A DNA stretch of 64,000 nucleotides from an uncultured Bacteroidales bacterium (GTDB lineage Bacteria > Bacteroidota > Bacteroidia > Bacteroidales > UBA7960): positions 41,937 to 105,936 of the forward strand of contig CAYGDW010000002.1 in NCBI GenBank assembly GCA_964348755.1, in the 5' to 3' direction. Each line of letters starts with the position of its first letter. Position 1 is the first letter of the stretch. The translations under genes and the position numbers were made by a program. Under the pieces are notes generated by a model, which was given only the letters and a program-made list of their open reading frames with translations, was not told the origin of the DNA and made no database searches. Of the stretch, positions 10,300 to 20,928 are shown one piece after another.

Positions 10300-13200
10300 A
10301 TGGCTTTCAGAAAAGAATCCAACGTAAAAAGCAACTTTTCCAGAATCACCATCAGCCTTGCCTCTCCTGAGTCAGTGCTGGAGCGTTCGCATGGAGAAGT
10401 GCTGAAGCCGGAAACCATTAACTACCGTACCTATAAACCCGAACGCGACGGTTTGTTCTGCGAAAGGATTTTTGGCCCGGTAAAAGACTGGGAGTGCCAT
10501 TGCGGAAAATACAAACGCATTCGATACAAAGGAATCGTTTGCGACCGCTGCGGTGTGGAAGTGACCGAAAAAAAGGTTCGTCGCGAAAGAATGGGCCACA
10601 TAAAACTGGTGGTGCCCGTGGCACATATCTGGTTTTTCCGTTCTTTGCCCAACAAAATTGGCTACCTTATCGGACTGCCATCCAAAAAACTCGATCAGAT
10701 AATTTACTATGAAAGGTATGTGGTCATAAACCCGGGTATTAAGTCAGGTGAAGTTAACTACCTCGATTTTCTTTCAGAAGAAGAATATTTTAATATTCTG
10801 GAAACACTTCCTCGCGAAAATCTTTTGCTCGAAGACACCGATCCCAACAAGTTTATTGCTCGTATGGGGGCCGAAGCGCTCAAGGATATACTGAATAGAC
10901 TAAACCTTGACCAACTCTCTTACGACCTTCGCCATAAGGCAAATACTGAAACTTCGCAGCAGCGCAAAGCCGATGCACTGAAAAGGCTGCAGGTTGTTGA
11001 AGCATTTCGCGAATCACAAAAATCCATTGAAAACAAACCAGCATGGATGATTATTGACGTGGTTCCCGTAATTCCGCCCGAGCTGCGTCCGCTAGTTCCA
11101 TTAGATGGCGGCCGCTTTGCAACCAGCGACCTCAACGACCTCTACCGAAGGGTAATAATTCGCAATAACAGACTCAAGCGATTAATCGAGATAAAGGCTC
11201 CTGATGTTATCCTTCGCAACGAAAAAAGAATGCTTCAGGAATCTGTTGACTCGCTCTTCGACAACTCGCGCAAAACCAATGCCGTCAAAACTGAATCAAA
11301 CCGCCCGCTTAAGTCCCTTAGCGACAGCTTAAAAGGTAAGCAAGGCCGCTTCCGCCAGAATCTATTGGGTAAAAGGGTTGACTACTCGGCCCGTTCGGTT
11401 ATTGTGGTTGGACCCGAGCTAAAACTGCACGAGTGTGGCTTGCCCAAAGAAATGGCCTCCGAGCTATTTAAGCCATTTATTATTCGCAAAATGCTCGAAC
11501 GCGGAATTGTTAAAACCGTTAAATCGGCCAAAAAAATCGTTGACCGTAAGGATCCTGTAGTTTGGGATATCCTTGAAAACGTTTTGAAAGGCCACCCGGT
11601 TTTGCTAAACCGCGCTCCAACCCTGCACCGGCTCGGTATTCAGGCATTCCAGCCCAAACTCATTGAGGGCAAGGCCATTCAACTACACCCACTTGTGTGT
11701 ACCGCCTTCAATGCTGACTTCGATGGCGACCAAATGGCAGTTCACGTGCCTCTTGGAAACGCAGCAATACTCGAAGCTCAATTGCTTATGCTGGCCTCGC
11801 ATAATATTCTAAACCCGGCAAACGGTGCGCCCATTGCGGTGCCCTCGCAAGATATGGTACTTGGCCTTTATTATATGACCAAGGCTCGCAAAAGTATTCC
11901 GCAAAATCCGGTTAAAGGCGAAGGCCTTACATTTTATGGTCCCGAAGAAGTGATTATTGCACACAACGAAGGCGCTGCCGATTTGCATGCAATAATTAAA
12001 GCCAGGGTGCCTGTTAAAGAAAATGGCCACATTGTTGAAAAACTTATTGAAACCACCGTCGGGCGGGTACTTTTCAACCAGGTTATTCCCAAAGAATATG
12101 GGTACATAAACCAGGTGCTTACAAAAAAGGCTTTGCGCGATATTATTGGCAGCATCATGAAGGTGACTGGCATTTCGCGTACTTCGCTTTTTTTGGATGA
12201 TATTAAAGACCTGGGCTTTAACATGGCATTTAAAGGAGGCTTGTCGTTCAACCTGGGCGATATTCTCGTGCCTGACGAAAAACAAATCCTTATAGACCAG
12301 GCCAACCAGCAGGTTGATGAGGTTCGTGCAAATTATAGCATGGGCTTTATTACCAACAACGAGCGTTACAACCAGATTATTGATATCTGGACGCATACCA
12401 ACGCCAAACTTACAAAGGTGCTTATCGAAAAGACCACCGCCGACAACCAGGGCTTTAACCCGGTTTACATGATGCTCGACTCAGGCGCAAGGGGCTCAAA
12501 AGAGCAGATTCGCCAACTTTCGGGAATGAGAGGCCTAATGGCAAAGCCGCAAAAATCGGGCGCAAAAGGTGGCGAAATTATTGAAAATCCAATTCTTTCG
12601 AACTTCAAGGAAGGCTTATCGGTTCTCGAGTACTTTATTTCAACCCACGGTGCCCGCAAAGGTCTGGCCGATACCGCCCTTAAAACGGCTGACGCTGGCT
12701 ATCTTACCCGCCGACTGGTCGATGTTTCGCAAGATGTAATTGTGAATGAAGCCGATTGCGGAACCCTTCGTGGCCTTACCGCCACAGCCCTCAAAAACAA
12801 CGAAGAAACTGTTGAAACGCTGTATGATCGAATTCTTGGACGCACAACCCTTCACGATATTTATCACCCAACAACAGGCGAAATAATCGTAAAAGCTGGT
12901 GAAGAGCTAACAGAAGAAATTGCACAGATTATTGAGCATTCGCCCATTGAAGCTGTTGAAATCAGATCGGTGCTTACCTGCGAATCGAAGCAGGGCGTTT
13001 GCGCCAAATGCTACGGCCGCAACCTTGCAACCGGGCGAATGGTACAAAAAGGCGAAGCAATTGGGGTAATCGCTGCCCAGTCAATCGGCGAACCCGGAAC
13101 ACAGCTTACCCTCCGTACATTCCACGTTGGTGGTGTAGCTGCTGGCCTTGCAACCGCATCAAAAATTAATGCCAAATACGGTGGCCTGCTCGAAATAGAC

Positions 13201-14595
13201 GAACTGCGTTGCGTACCATACACAAGCAGCGAAGGCAAATCATACCATGTGGTAATTGGACGCTCGGCCGAAATGCGAATTGTTGACAAAAACACCCGCA
13301 TGGTGCTTACCAGCCAGAACATTCCATACGGTGCAAATCTTTATTTCCTGAGCGGACAGGAAGTTAGTAGCGGTGATCTCATTTGCGAATGGGATCCATA
13401 CAATGCCGTTATCATTTCGGATATGTCCGGCAAAATTGTTTTCAACCAAATGATTGAGGGCGTTACTTACCGCACCGATTCTGACGAGCAAACCGGTTAT
13501 TACGAAAAAGTAATTATCGAAAGCAAAGACAGGTCCAAGAACCCCTCAATAAGCATTATTGACCAGAACGGCGAAATTCTGCGCAATTACGATATGCCAG
13601 TGGGCGCTCACATCGTAATTTCGGAAGAACAGGAAATTGCCGCCGGTAAGATCATTGCCAAAATACCAAGGGCGGTTGGAAAATCGGGCGACATTACCGG
13701 TGGTCTCCCCAGAATTACTGAGCTATTCGAGGCACGCAACCCAAGCGATCCGGCGGTAGTGGCCGAAATTGATGGCGTAATTTCGTTTGGCAAAAAAGTA
13801 AAACGTGGCAACCGCGAGGTAATTATTACCTCAAAAACCGGCGACGAAAAACGCTACCTTATCCCGCTTTCGAAACAAATCCTGGCTCAGGAAAATGACT
13901 TTGTTAAGGCAGGTACCCCAATGTCTGATGGCCCGATTACTCCTTCTGATATTCTCGCCATTAAAGGCCCAACCGACGTGCAGGAATACATTGTTAACGA
14001 GGTGCAGGAAGTATATCGCATGCAGGGTGTAAAAATTAACGACAAGCACTTTGAAGTAATTGTACGCCAAATGATGCGCAAAGTAATTATTGACGATCCG
14101 GGCGACACCCGTTTCCTCGAGGGCGAAATTGTGAACAAGATTGAGTTTATGGAAGAAAACGACAACCTTTTCGGCAAAAAGGTTGTTGAAGACCCGGGCG
14201 ACTCAGCTTTGAAACCTGGCCAGATTATTACTGCACGTAAACTTCGCGATGAGAATTCGCAACTGAAACGCCGCGACAAAACGCTTGTGGTAGCCCGCGA
14301 TGCCCGGGGCGCCACTGCACGCCAGCAATTGCAAGGTATAACTAAAGCCTCGCTCCAAACCAAGAGCTTTATTTCTGCCGCCTCATTTCAGGAAACCACA
14401 AAGGTGCTTACCGATGCCGCCGTTAATGCAAAGGTTGACAACCTGTCTGGCCTTAAAGAAAACGTAATCGTTGGACACCTGATTCCGGCAGGTACCGGCT
14501 TAAGGGAGTACGAAAACATTATTGTAGGCTCCATGGAAGAGTTCAACCTGCTAATGGCCTCAAAGCGCAAAACCGAAGAAGTTGAGAAAGGGTAA
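10300..14595 (+). CDS. rpoC: DNA-directed RNA polymerase subunit beta'
   Basis: 1431 aa. Zn-finger [23 protein letters not shown] and catalytic NADFDGDQM. Confidence 0.98.
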   Translation: MAFRKESNVKSNFSRITISLASPESVLERSHGEVLKPETINYRTYKPERDGLFCERIFGPVKDWECHCGKYKRIRYKGIVCDRCGVEVTEKKVRRERMGHIKLVVPVAHIWFFRSLPNKIGYLIGLPSKKLDQIIYYERYVVINPGIKSGEVNYLDFLSEEEYFNILETLPRENLLLEDTDPNKFIARMGAEALKDILNRLNLDQLSYDLRHKANTETSQQRKADALKRLQVVEAFRESQKSIENKPAWMIIDVVPVIPPELRPLVPLDGGRFATSDLNDLYRRVIIRNNRLKRLIEIKAPDVILRNEKRMLQESVDSLFDNSRKTNAVKTESNRPLKSLSDSLKGKQGRFRQNLLGKRVDYSARSVIVVGPELKLHECGLPKEMASELFKPFIIRKMLERGIVKTVKSAKKIVDRKDPVVWDILENVLKGHPVLLNRAPTLHRLGIQAFQPKLIEGKAIQLHPLVCTAFNADFDGDQMAVHVPLGNAAILEAQLLMLASHNILNPANGAPIAVPSQDMVLGLYYMTKARKSIPQNPVKGEGLTFYGPEEVIIAHNEGAADLHAIIKARVPVKENGHIVEKLIETTVGRVLFNQVIPKEYGYINQVLTKKALRDIIGSIMKVTGISRTSLFLDDIKDLGFNMAFKGGLSFNLGDILVPDEKQILIDQANQQVDEVRANYSMGFITNNERYNQIIDIWTHTNAKLTKVLIEKTTADNQGFNPVYMMLDSGARGSKEQIRQLSGMRGLMAKPQKSGAKGGEIIENPILSNFKEGLSVLEYFISTHGARKGLADTALKTADAGYLTRRLVDVSQDVIVNEADCGTLRGLTATALKNNEETVETLYDRILGRTTLHDIYHPTTGEIIVKAGEELTEEIAQIIEHSPIEAVEIRSVLTCESKQGVCAKCYGRNLATGRMVQKGEAIGVIAAQSIGEPGTQLTLRTFHVGGVAAGLATASKINAKYGGLLEIDELRCVPYTSSEGKSYHVVIGRSAEMRIVDKNTRMVLTSQNIPYGANLYFLSGQEVSSGDLICEWDPYNAVIISDMSGKIVFNQMIEGVTYRTDSDEQTGYYEKVIIESKDRSKNPSISIIDQNGEILRNYDMPVGAHIVISEEQEIAAGKIIAKIPRAVGKSGDITGGLPRITELFEARNPSDPAVVAEIDGVISFGKKVKRGNREVIITSKTGDEKRYLIPLSKQILAQENDFVKAGTPMSDGPITPSDILAIKGPTDVQEYIVNEVQEVYRMQGVKINDKHFEVIVRQMMRKVIIDDPGDTRFLEGEIVNKIEFMEENDNLFGKKVVEDPGDSALKPGQIITARKLRDENSQLKRRDKTLVVARDARGATARQQLQGITKASLQTKSFISAASFQETTKVLTDAAVNAKVDNLSGLKENVIVGHLIPAGTGLREYENIIVGSMEEFNLLMASKRKTEEVEKG

Positions 14596-14624
14596 TTAAC
14601 AATTAAATAAAAGAAAGGCAAGTT

Positions 14625-14939
14625 ATGTCTGAATCTAAAATTCCCGAAAATCAGATAAACATTGAACTGGGTGAGGATGTAGCAGATGGGATTTATTCTA
14701 ACCTAGCTATTATAACCCATTCGCACACTGAGTTTGTGGTCGATTTCGTCAGACTAATGCCTGGCGTTCCAAAGGCTAAAGTAAAGTCGAGAATTGTTCT
14801 TACCCCCCAGCATGCCAAAAGGCTTATGAAAGCCCTGAAAGAAAATATCGGGAAATATGAAGCGGTTCATGGCCTCATAAAAGATGTGGAAATGCCCGGC
14901 CTGCCAATGAACCTGGGTGGCCCCGCTGCCCAGGCTTAA
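14625..14939 (+). CDS. DUF3467-type small protein
   Basis: 104 aa, GIYSNLAIITHSHTEFVVDFV...RIVLTPQHAKRL. I recognise this family as commonly encoded just downstream of rpoC in Bacteroidota. Confidence 0.7.
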   Translation: MSESKIPENQINIELGEDVADGIYSNLAIITHSHTEFVVDFVRLMPGVPKAKVKSRIVLTPQHAKRLMKALKENIGKYEAVHGLIKDVEMPGLPMNLGGPAAQA

Positions 14940-15421
14940 AAAAATGAAACCCGGAAGTGAATCGCTTCCGGGTTTTTTAAAAAAAGCAAGCGAAATGCTC
15001 GCAACAGGTTTGCCTGGTTGATGCCATTGCAAACCAGCAAAAACTGCCCTCGAACCTTCGCATCGCTTTTAATGGTTTGCCATATTTCTTCAAATCGCTT
15101 TCCATCTGCTTCAGCCCCGAGGTTTAAATATTCTTTGAGGAAACTCTCTGCCTCATCGAGGGCAAAAAGCGGATCCTTGCCTTCCTTTTCCTTAAACACA
15201 AAAGCCTTCAGGCCGGCCTGGTGGTACATCAGCATATCGTTTACACCAATCAGGTTCAGGGATATCTTCTCCAAGGTATTGTTGGCCTGGCGATACTCTC
15301 CCCAATTGCCTCCCGCCTGCATCCTTTGCTTCAGGGCATTCAGGTTGCTGGTTTCGCGCTGACAGGCAAAAGCTCCTACCAGCAAAAAACTAAAAACGAT
15401 TAATCTGTATAGGGGTTTCAT
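14936..15421 (-). CDS. hypothetical lipoprotein
   Basis: The N-terminus MKPLYRLIVFSFLLVGAFAC looks like a lipoprotein signal peptide with a lipobox Cys. No other recognisable motif. The 3' end overlaps the terminator hairpin. Confidence 0.55.
   Translation of the reverse strand: MKPLYRLIVFSFLLVGAFACQRETSNLNALKQRMQAGGNWGEYRQANNTLEKISLNLIGVNDMLMYHQAGLKAFVFKEKEGKDPLFALDEAESFLKEYLNLGAEADGKRFEEIWQTIKSDAKVRGQFLLVCNGINQANLLRAFRLLFLKNPEAIHFRVSFF
14946..14978 (+). terminator. rho-independent terminator after the rpoBC/DUF3467 unit
   Basis: cccggaag (14950-14957) / cttccggg (14965-14972) followed by TTTTTT. An A-run on the other side makes it potentially bidirectional. Confidence 0.7.
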
Positions 15422-15539
15422 AAAATTTGTTTTTGCGAAAATAATGGAAATGAATCTTTCTGTTCCTGCATGTTTTTAAGGTGACAAATCGCAGCCAATT
15501 TTGCTGGCTTCTAAAAGTTGTAAGATGCCATAGCTCAAA

Positions 15540-18476
15540 TCAGCTCCTTGGGTCGGGTTTCATAGGCATTTTGGCCATCTTCTCAACGGTGAGCGATTGG
15601 AAGCCGAACTCTTCTGCTATGGTACCCAGCAGCAGGTATATACCGCTTCCGCGGAATGGCCAGACTTTGGCTGCCTCAGGAAAGTGCACCGTATCAAAGA
15701 AATTGCCCTTCACATCCAAAAAGCAGCCAAAGTACATCATTTCGCGCTTTACCGTACGCACGTATTTGATGGTAACCAGCCAGCCCACCATACGCACCTT
15801 TTGCCTCACGTGCTTCAGCATATCAGAGGCCATTAGCTCTCCGCGAAATCCGCTTTTGGCCAGGTCAAAGGGGCTCATTGACACGGTAAAGCCCAACAAC
15901 TCCATCTCATCGTAAGCATCCTGCACGGGGTCGGTCTCGGGCTCAGGAAAGCAGAAGGACTTCTCCTGAGCGGCAAAGAGCTGGGGGCCTGCCTCGGTTT
16001 TTTTGCCGGCAAGCAGGTGTGCCTTCCACATGAGCTGGCTTTTGGCTATGCCCGTAAAACGAAACGCATTGACGCGAATAAGTAGTATGAGCTGCTCAAG
16101 CCCGGCACCGCTGCGGCGAGCAAAGTCTTCAAGGCTTAGGTAAGACCCCTCTGATTCGCGCCCGGCCGTGATGTGCTGTGCCAGCTTGTACTCCAGGTTC
16201 TGTATGTGCACAAGACCAATGTAAATATCATTTTCGTAAATGGTAGTGGTGTAGTTGCTGTGGTTTACGCAGGGCAGCTCAATGTTGGCACCGTAGCGCC
16301 GGGCTTCATTAAAATAGACCGGACTTTGGTAAAAGCCGCCAAAGTTATTTATTACGGCAGTCATAAACTCCCGCGGGAAGTAGGCTTTCAGATACAAGCT
16401 CTGGTAGCTCTCTACGGCAAAGGAAGCCGAGTGTGCCTTAGAGAATGAATAGCCGGCAAAGGACTCAATCTGTCGCCAAACTTCACGTATAAGGCTTTCG
16501 GGGTAACCCCTGGCCTTGCACCCATCGAAGAAGCGATTTACCACACGCTGCATCTCTTTTTTGGAGCGGTATTTGCCGCTCATGGCCCGCCGAAGCACGT
16601 CGGCATCGGCCAGATCGAGCCCGGCAAAGTGGTGGCATACCTTTATTACATCTTCCTGATAAACCATTACACCATAGGTTTCCTTCAACTGCTGCTCCAT
16701 GACCGGGTGCAAGTATTGGAAGCCTTTGGGATTGTGAAAGCGCTGTATGTACTCGCGCATCATGCCCGAGCGGGCCACTCCGGGGCGTATGATTGAGCTG
16801 GCCGCCACCAGGCTTATGTAGTTGTCGCAACGCAGCTTCTTGAGCAGCCCACGCATGGCGGGGCTTTCCACATAGAAGCAGCCCGTGGTCTCGCCCGAGC
16901 GAAGCAGGGCCTTTACCTTCTCATCTTTCTTAAACTTTTCAATCTGGTGTACATCCACGTTTATACCATGGTTTTGCCATACAATCTGTGCGCATTCGTT
17001 TATGTGGCCAATGCCACGCTGACTCAGAATGTCTATCTTCTCGAAAGCCAGATCTTCGGCCGTGTACATGTCCCACTGCACCGTGGGCAGGCCCTTGGGT
17101 GGCATATCGAGGGCCGAGTAGCAATTGATAGGCTGCTCAGAAATGAGCACGCCCCCGGCATGAATGCTGCGCATATTTGGGAAGTCGGCCAGCTGCCCGG
17201 CTATTTTGAAAATGCGGGTGCCTACGGCGTCGGGCTCGCGGCGGGCCTCATGGTCCGACACCAGCACGTCTATCTCGGACTTGGGCAGACCCAGCACCTT
17301 GCCCAACTCGCGTATCATGCTGCGGTCGCGAAAGGTGCTGATTGTACCCAGCAGGGCGGTATGCCCGTTGCCATAGCGCTTAAAGATGTAGTCAAGAACC
17401 TGGTCGCGCTCTTTCCACGAGTAGTCAATATCGAAGTCGGGAGGAGTGCTTCGCTTGGGGTTGATGAAACGCTCGAAGTAAAGGTCGAGCTCTATGGGGT
17501 CTACGTCGGTTATGCGAAGGCAGTAGGCAACTATGCTGTTGGCGCCGCTGCCGCGCCCCACGTGGTAAAAACCGCGCGACATGGAGTAGCGAATTATATC
17601 CCAGGTAATGAGAAAGTAGGATGAGAAGCCCAGCTTGTCAATTACCTCCAGTTCGTGCTGTACCCGTCGCAGAGCTTCTTTGTTGCGCCTGCCGTAGCGA
17701 TAATCCAGGCCATCCATGGCCAGCTTGGAGAGTAAGGCACGGTCGTCGGCCGGGTGGCCTGTAAAGGTCTTTTTGTTTTTGGGTGCGCGGAAGTCGAAGT
17801 CTATATGGCATTGCCCAATCAGATTTTCAGCATTGGCAACGAGATGCTGAAAACCCTGGTAGTGGCTGCGTATTTCGGAAGGCCAGGGGAAGACTTCGCC
17901 GGGATGGGCGGTGTGTTTGCCGGTGAGGCGGCTCAGCACTATGTTGTGGTCAATGGCACGCAGGTGGCCGTGCAGCTCAAACTCCTTTTCGGAAATGAAG
18001 GTAACGGGATGCAGGGCCACGAGTTTGGCAGGGTGGTGTCGTAGGGGAGAGGTTGAGAGGCGCGTAAGGTCCCAGGGGCGTATTCCAATGTATTCGTGCT
18101 CGGCGGGAATCGCCCCGGTGCCACCTTCCCCGAAAGGGTAAATAACAAAAGTGTGCTCGCACACCGGAAAACGCTCTGGCAGGGTCGTATGGCTAATGTT
18201 GTGCTGGCTCAAAAAGGCGTTGATGCGGCGAAAACCTTCGGGGTTTCGTGCCAGCACAATGTACAGCAGGCGGTCGCCCTTGCGAAACTCCATGCCTGCC
18301 ACCGATGCAATGCCCTGCTCGCGGCATAACTTTACAAATTCGGGCATGGCCGTGGCATTGTTGATGTCGGTGAGTGCCAGGCGCCCGATGCCCAGCTCAG
18401 AGGCCCGCTTTACCAGGTCTTCAGGGCTTATTGTGCCGTAGCGCAGGCTGTAATATGTGTGGCAGTTGAGGTACAT
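15540..18476 (-). CDS. dnaE2: error-prone DNA polymerase, DnaE2-type Pol III alpha homolog
   Basis: 978 aa. N-terminal PHP domain (MYLNCHTYYSLRYGTISPEDLV...LALTDINN) and the Pol III alpha palm/fingers region (FERFINPKRSTPPDFDIDY, SIIRPG). It is shorter than replicative DnaE and is paired with a Y-family polymerase. Confidence 0.85.
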   Translation of the reverse strand: MYLNCHTYYSLRYGTISPEDLVKRASELGIGRLALTDINNATAMPEFVKLCREQGIASVAGMEFRKGDRLLYIVLARNPEGFRRINAFLSQHNISHTTLPERFPVCEHTFVIYPFGEGGTGAIPAEHEYIGIRPWDLTRLSTSPLRHHPAKLVALHPVTFISEKEFELHGHLRAIDHNIVLSRLTGKHTAHPGEVFPWPSEIRSHYQGFQHLVANAENLIGQCHIDFDFRAPKNKKTFTGHPADDRALLSKLAMDGLDYRYGRRNKEALRRVQHELEVIDKLGFSSYFLITWDIIRYSMSRGFYHVGRGSGANSIVAYCLRITDVDPIELDLYFERFINPKRSTPPDFDIDYSWKERDQVLDYIFKRYGNGHTALLGTISTFRDRSMIRELGKVLGLPKSEIDVLVSDHEARREPDAVGTRIFKIAGQLADFPNMRSIHAGGVLISEQPINCYSALDMPPKGLPTVQWDMYTAEDLAFEKIDILSQRGIGHINECAQIVWQNHGINVDVHQIEKFKKDEKVKALLRSGETTGCFYVESPAMRGLLKKLRCDNYISLVAASSIIRPGVARSGMMREYIQRFHNPKGFQYLHPVMEQQLKETYGVMVYQEDVIKVCHHFAGLDLADADVLRRAMSGKYRSKKEMQRVVNRFFDGCKARGYPESLIREVWRQIESFAGYSFSKAHSASFAVESYQSLYLKAYFPREFMTAVINNFGGFYQSPVYFNEARRYGANIELPCVNHSNYTTTIYENDIYIGLVHIQNLEYKLAQHITAGRESEGSYLSLEDFARRSGAGLEQLILLIRVNAFRFTGIAKSQLMWKAHLLAGKKTEAGPQLFAAQEKSFCFPEPETDPVQDAYDEMELLGFTVSMSPFDLAKSGFRGELMASDMLKHVRQKVRMVGWLVTIKYVRTVKREMMYFGCFLDVKGNFFDTVHFPEAAKVWPFRGSGIYLLLGTIAEEFGFQSLTVEKMAKMPMKPDPRS

Positions 18477-18706
18477 TTTAACGGATTACACGGATTTATG
18501 ATTGATGATTTATGAATGATGATTGAGAAAAAATGGTCAACGTTATTCAAGCGTTGACACAGCCTTGAACCTTAACCGGGCGAAGCAAGCTTATGAACAA
18601 AGTGAACCTACCGCAAGGAGCTCAGCGAAGCGAAAAAACCTGAAACCCTGCCTACCCTCCACAGGCGGGTAAACCGGTAGGCAGGCTTGAACCCCAAACC
18701 TGAAAC

Positions 18707-19864
18707 TTATCCCGGTGTCATGGCTACACCACGGTGCAGGGCGTTTTCGCCATGCTTGCGGCGCATTCGGTCTATGGCCTGATAGAGGCTGATGAGCTCG
18801 GGTGTTTCTTCAAACATATTGAGTTGCTGCACACCGTGTACCAGGCGGCTGAATTGTATGCCCACCAGGCGTATGAGCATGCGGCGGGTGTATAACCGAC
18901 GAAACAGCTCCTTGCACACGGGTATAAGCACGTGGTCGAACGAAGTGTAAGGTAGTGTTTGTTGCAGGGTGTGTGTGTCGAAGTTGGCATAGCGTATCTT
19001 TATGGTAACGCAGCCGGTAAGCTGCTGCTTCTTACGCAGACGATATGCTACCTTCTCGCACATACGCACCAGCAAATCGTTGATGGCGGCAATGTCGATG
19101 GTGTCGGTTTCGAAGGTGGTTTCGGTGCCTATTGATTTGCGCTCGCTCCAGTTCTGCACAGGACTGTTGTCGATGCCGTTAGCTCGCCGCCATATCTCGC
19201 GGCCATTCTTGCCCATCATGTTTTCCATTACTTCGGGCGGTATGCGGCTCAGGGTGCCTATGGTGGCAATACCCATGGTGCGCAAGGTATAGTAGGTTTT
19301 TGAGCCAATCATAGGTATTTTGCGTATCGACAGCGGGTCGAGAAAGGGCCGCAGCATGGGCTGCTGTATCTGTATCTGCCCGTTAGGCTTGGCTTCGCCC
19401 GTGGCAATCTTAGACACGGTCTTATTCATAGAAAGACCCATGGAGATGGGCAGCCCTGTTTCTTTTATGATGTATTGCCGCAGTTCCGAAGCCCATTTGT
19501 AGCAGCCAAAGAAGCGATCCATACCCGTAATGTCGAGGTAGTGCTCGTCGATAGAAGCCTTTTCGAACATGGGGGCCCGTTCGGCAATAATTTGTGTTAC
19601 CATGTTGGAGTACTTGCTGTAGCTTTGCAGGTCGCCGCGAATGAACACGGCATCGGCGCAGAGGTTGCGCGCCAACTTCATGGGCATGGCCGAATGCACC
19701 CCAAACTGCCGCGCTTCGTAGCTGCAGCCCGCCACAACGCCCCGGTCGCCCATACCACCAATAATCACAGGCTTGCCAACGAGGCTGCAGTTGTGCAGAC
19801 GCTCTACCGACACAAAGAAGGTGTCCTGGTCAAGGTGTACTATGGTGCGGTTTGACGAATCCAT
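18707..19864 (-). CDS. dinB: Y-family DNA polymerase IV (DinB-like), catalytic residues intact
   Basis: HLDQDTFFVSVE and SIDEHYLDITG keep the Asp/Asp/Glu catalytic residues (unlike ImuB). GLSMNKTVSKIA is also present. Confidence 0.85.
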   Translation of the reverse strand: MDSSNRTIVHLDQDTFFVSVERLHNCSLVGKPVIIGGMGDRGVVAGCSYEARQFGVHSAMPMKLARNLCADAVFIRGDLQSYSKYSNMVTQIIAERAPMFEKASIDEHYLDITGMDRFFGCYKWASELRQYIIKETGLPISMGLSMNKTVSKIATGEAKPNGQIQIQQPMLRPFLDPLSIRKIPMIGSKTYYTLRTMGIATIGTLSRIPPEVMENMMGKNGREIWRRANGIDNSPVQNWSERKSIGTETTFETDTIDIAAINDLLVRMCEKVAYRLRKKQQLTGCVTIKIRYANFDTHTLQQTLPYTSFDHVLIPVCKELFRRLYTRRMLIRLVGIQFSRLVHGVQQLNMFEETPELISLYQAIDRMRRKHGENALHRGVAMTPG

Positions 19865-19993
19865 AAATAATTTTTGCTCAGAGGTTTAGCGTTTCAGAAA
19901 ATGTCTTAACTTTGATTAGAAAACAATCAAAAACGTGGTTATAATTTAATCAAAAATTGAATTGTGGGCCTTGTTGAAGATTATTTTTTGTCG

Positions 19994-20240
19994 GGCAGGG
20001 CTAAAGCCCTGAGTGGTATGTTGAAGTGCTTGCCCCCGGCTTAAAAGCCGGGGTTACTGAGGGGTGCCGTAAGCGGTACTTCAGTTGCGAAACAGAATTT
20101 ATTAACCCCAGACTTTAGTCTGGGGGATTGGATAATAGGCTATCAAATGAGGGCTTTAGCCCTGCCAAAATATTAACCCCAAACTTTAGCCTGTGGGATG
20201 AAACAATGAGATTAATATCGGGGCTTTAGCCCTGCCAAAA
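19994..20240 (+). repeat. 247-bp REP-cluster module, copy A
   Basis: Direct repeat of 20673-20919 at a 679-nt offset. I counted about 16-17 mismatches by eye and no indels. It contains the hairpins cagggctaaagccctg, ccccggcttaaaagccgggg, ccccagactttagtctgggg, agggctttagccct and ggggctttagccc. Confidence 0.9.
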
Positions 20241-20251
20241 CATTCAAAGTC

Positions 20252-20683
20252 ATGCCGCACGTTCGTATTCTGATCCATGCTGTCTGGGGAGTGAAAAATC
20301 ACCGTCCTTTACTTAAAAAGGACAAAAAAGAAATTCTTTTTGCGCACATTCAGGAGAATGCTCAGCAGAAGGGGCTCTTTATTCTGGAAATTGGCGGTTG
20401 GGATGATCATGTTCATTGCCTGTTAAGTCTGAATGCTGATATGTCTTTATCAAAAGTTATTCAATTGGTAAAAGGAGAGTCTGCCTTTTGGGCCAACCAG
20501 GAAAAACTATTCTCCGGGAAGTTTGAGTGGGCGAATGAATATTTTGGTGTATCCGTTAGTCCATCAAAGGTCCAGGAAGTACGGGGTTATATAAAAAAAC
20601 AGGAAGAGCATCATCGGAAAAAGACTTTTGAAGGGGAGTATCAGGAATTCCTGAAGGCTGTAGGCATAGAAAGGCAGGGCTAA
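20252..20683 (+). mobile_element. HUH/Y1 transposase, IS200-like / REP-associated tyrosine transposase (RAYT)-like
   Basis: 143 aa. HUH motif DDHVHCLL (H53, H55) and a catalytic-Tyr motif RGYIKKQEEHH (Y113). It is flanked on both sides by REP-like hairpin clusters rather than by distinct IS ends. Its GC content is clearly lower than its neighbours. Confidence 0.8.
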
Positions 20684-20919
20684 AGCCCCGAAGGATATGT
20701 TGAAGTGCTTGCCCCCGGCTTAAAAGCCGGGGTTACTGAGGATTGCAGTATGCGGTACTTCAGTTGCGAAACAGAATTTATTAACCCCAGACTTTAGTCT
20801 GGGGGATGGGGTAATAGGCTATCAAATGAGGGCTTTAGCCTTGCCAAAATATTAACCCCAGGCTTTAGCCTGTGGGACGAAACAATGAGATTAATATCGG
20901 GGCTTTAGCCCTGCCAAAA
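20673..20919 (+). repeat. 247-bp REP-cluster module, copy B
   Basis: See copy A. The first 11 nt supply the last three codons and the stop of the RAYT-like gene. The last nt lies 9 nt before the LexA-like ATG. Confidence 0.9.
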
Positions 20920-20928
20920 AAGAATACC

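Noticed and set aside
6407-14621. Numerous 60-190 aa ORFs antisense to or out of frame with rpoB and rpoC.
   Set aside because: They are fully embedded in two unambiguous, highly conserved genes. Their compositions are low-complexity mirror images of the sense frame, and nothing independent supports them.
15481-19855. Many plus-strand ORFs (up to 225 aa) opposite dnaE2 and dinB.
   Set aside because: High GC content suppresses stop codons on the antisense strand. The sense-strand products have clear polymerase motifs.
20872-20928. ORF-track N-terminal extension of the LexA-like gene (MGRNNEINIGALALPKKNT).
   Set aside because: It is encoded entirely by repeat module B. The identical sequence in module A is non-coding. 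ATG 20929 gives a normal HTH N-terminus.
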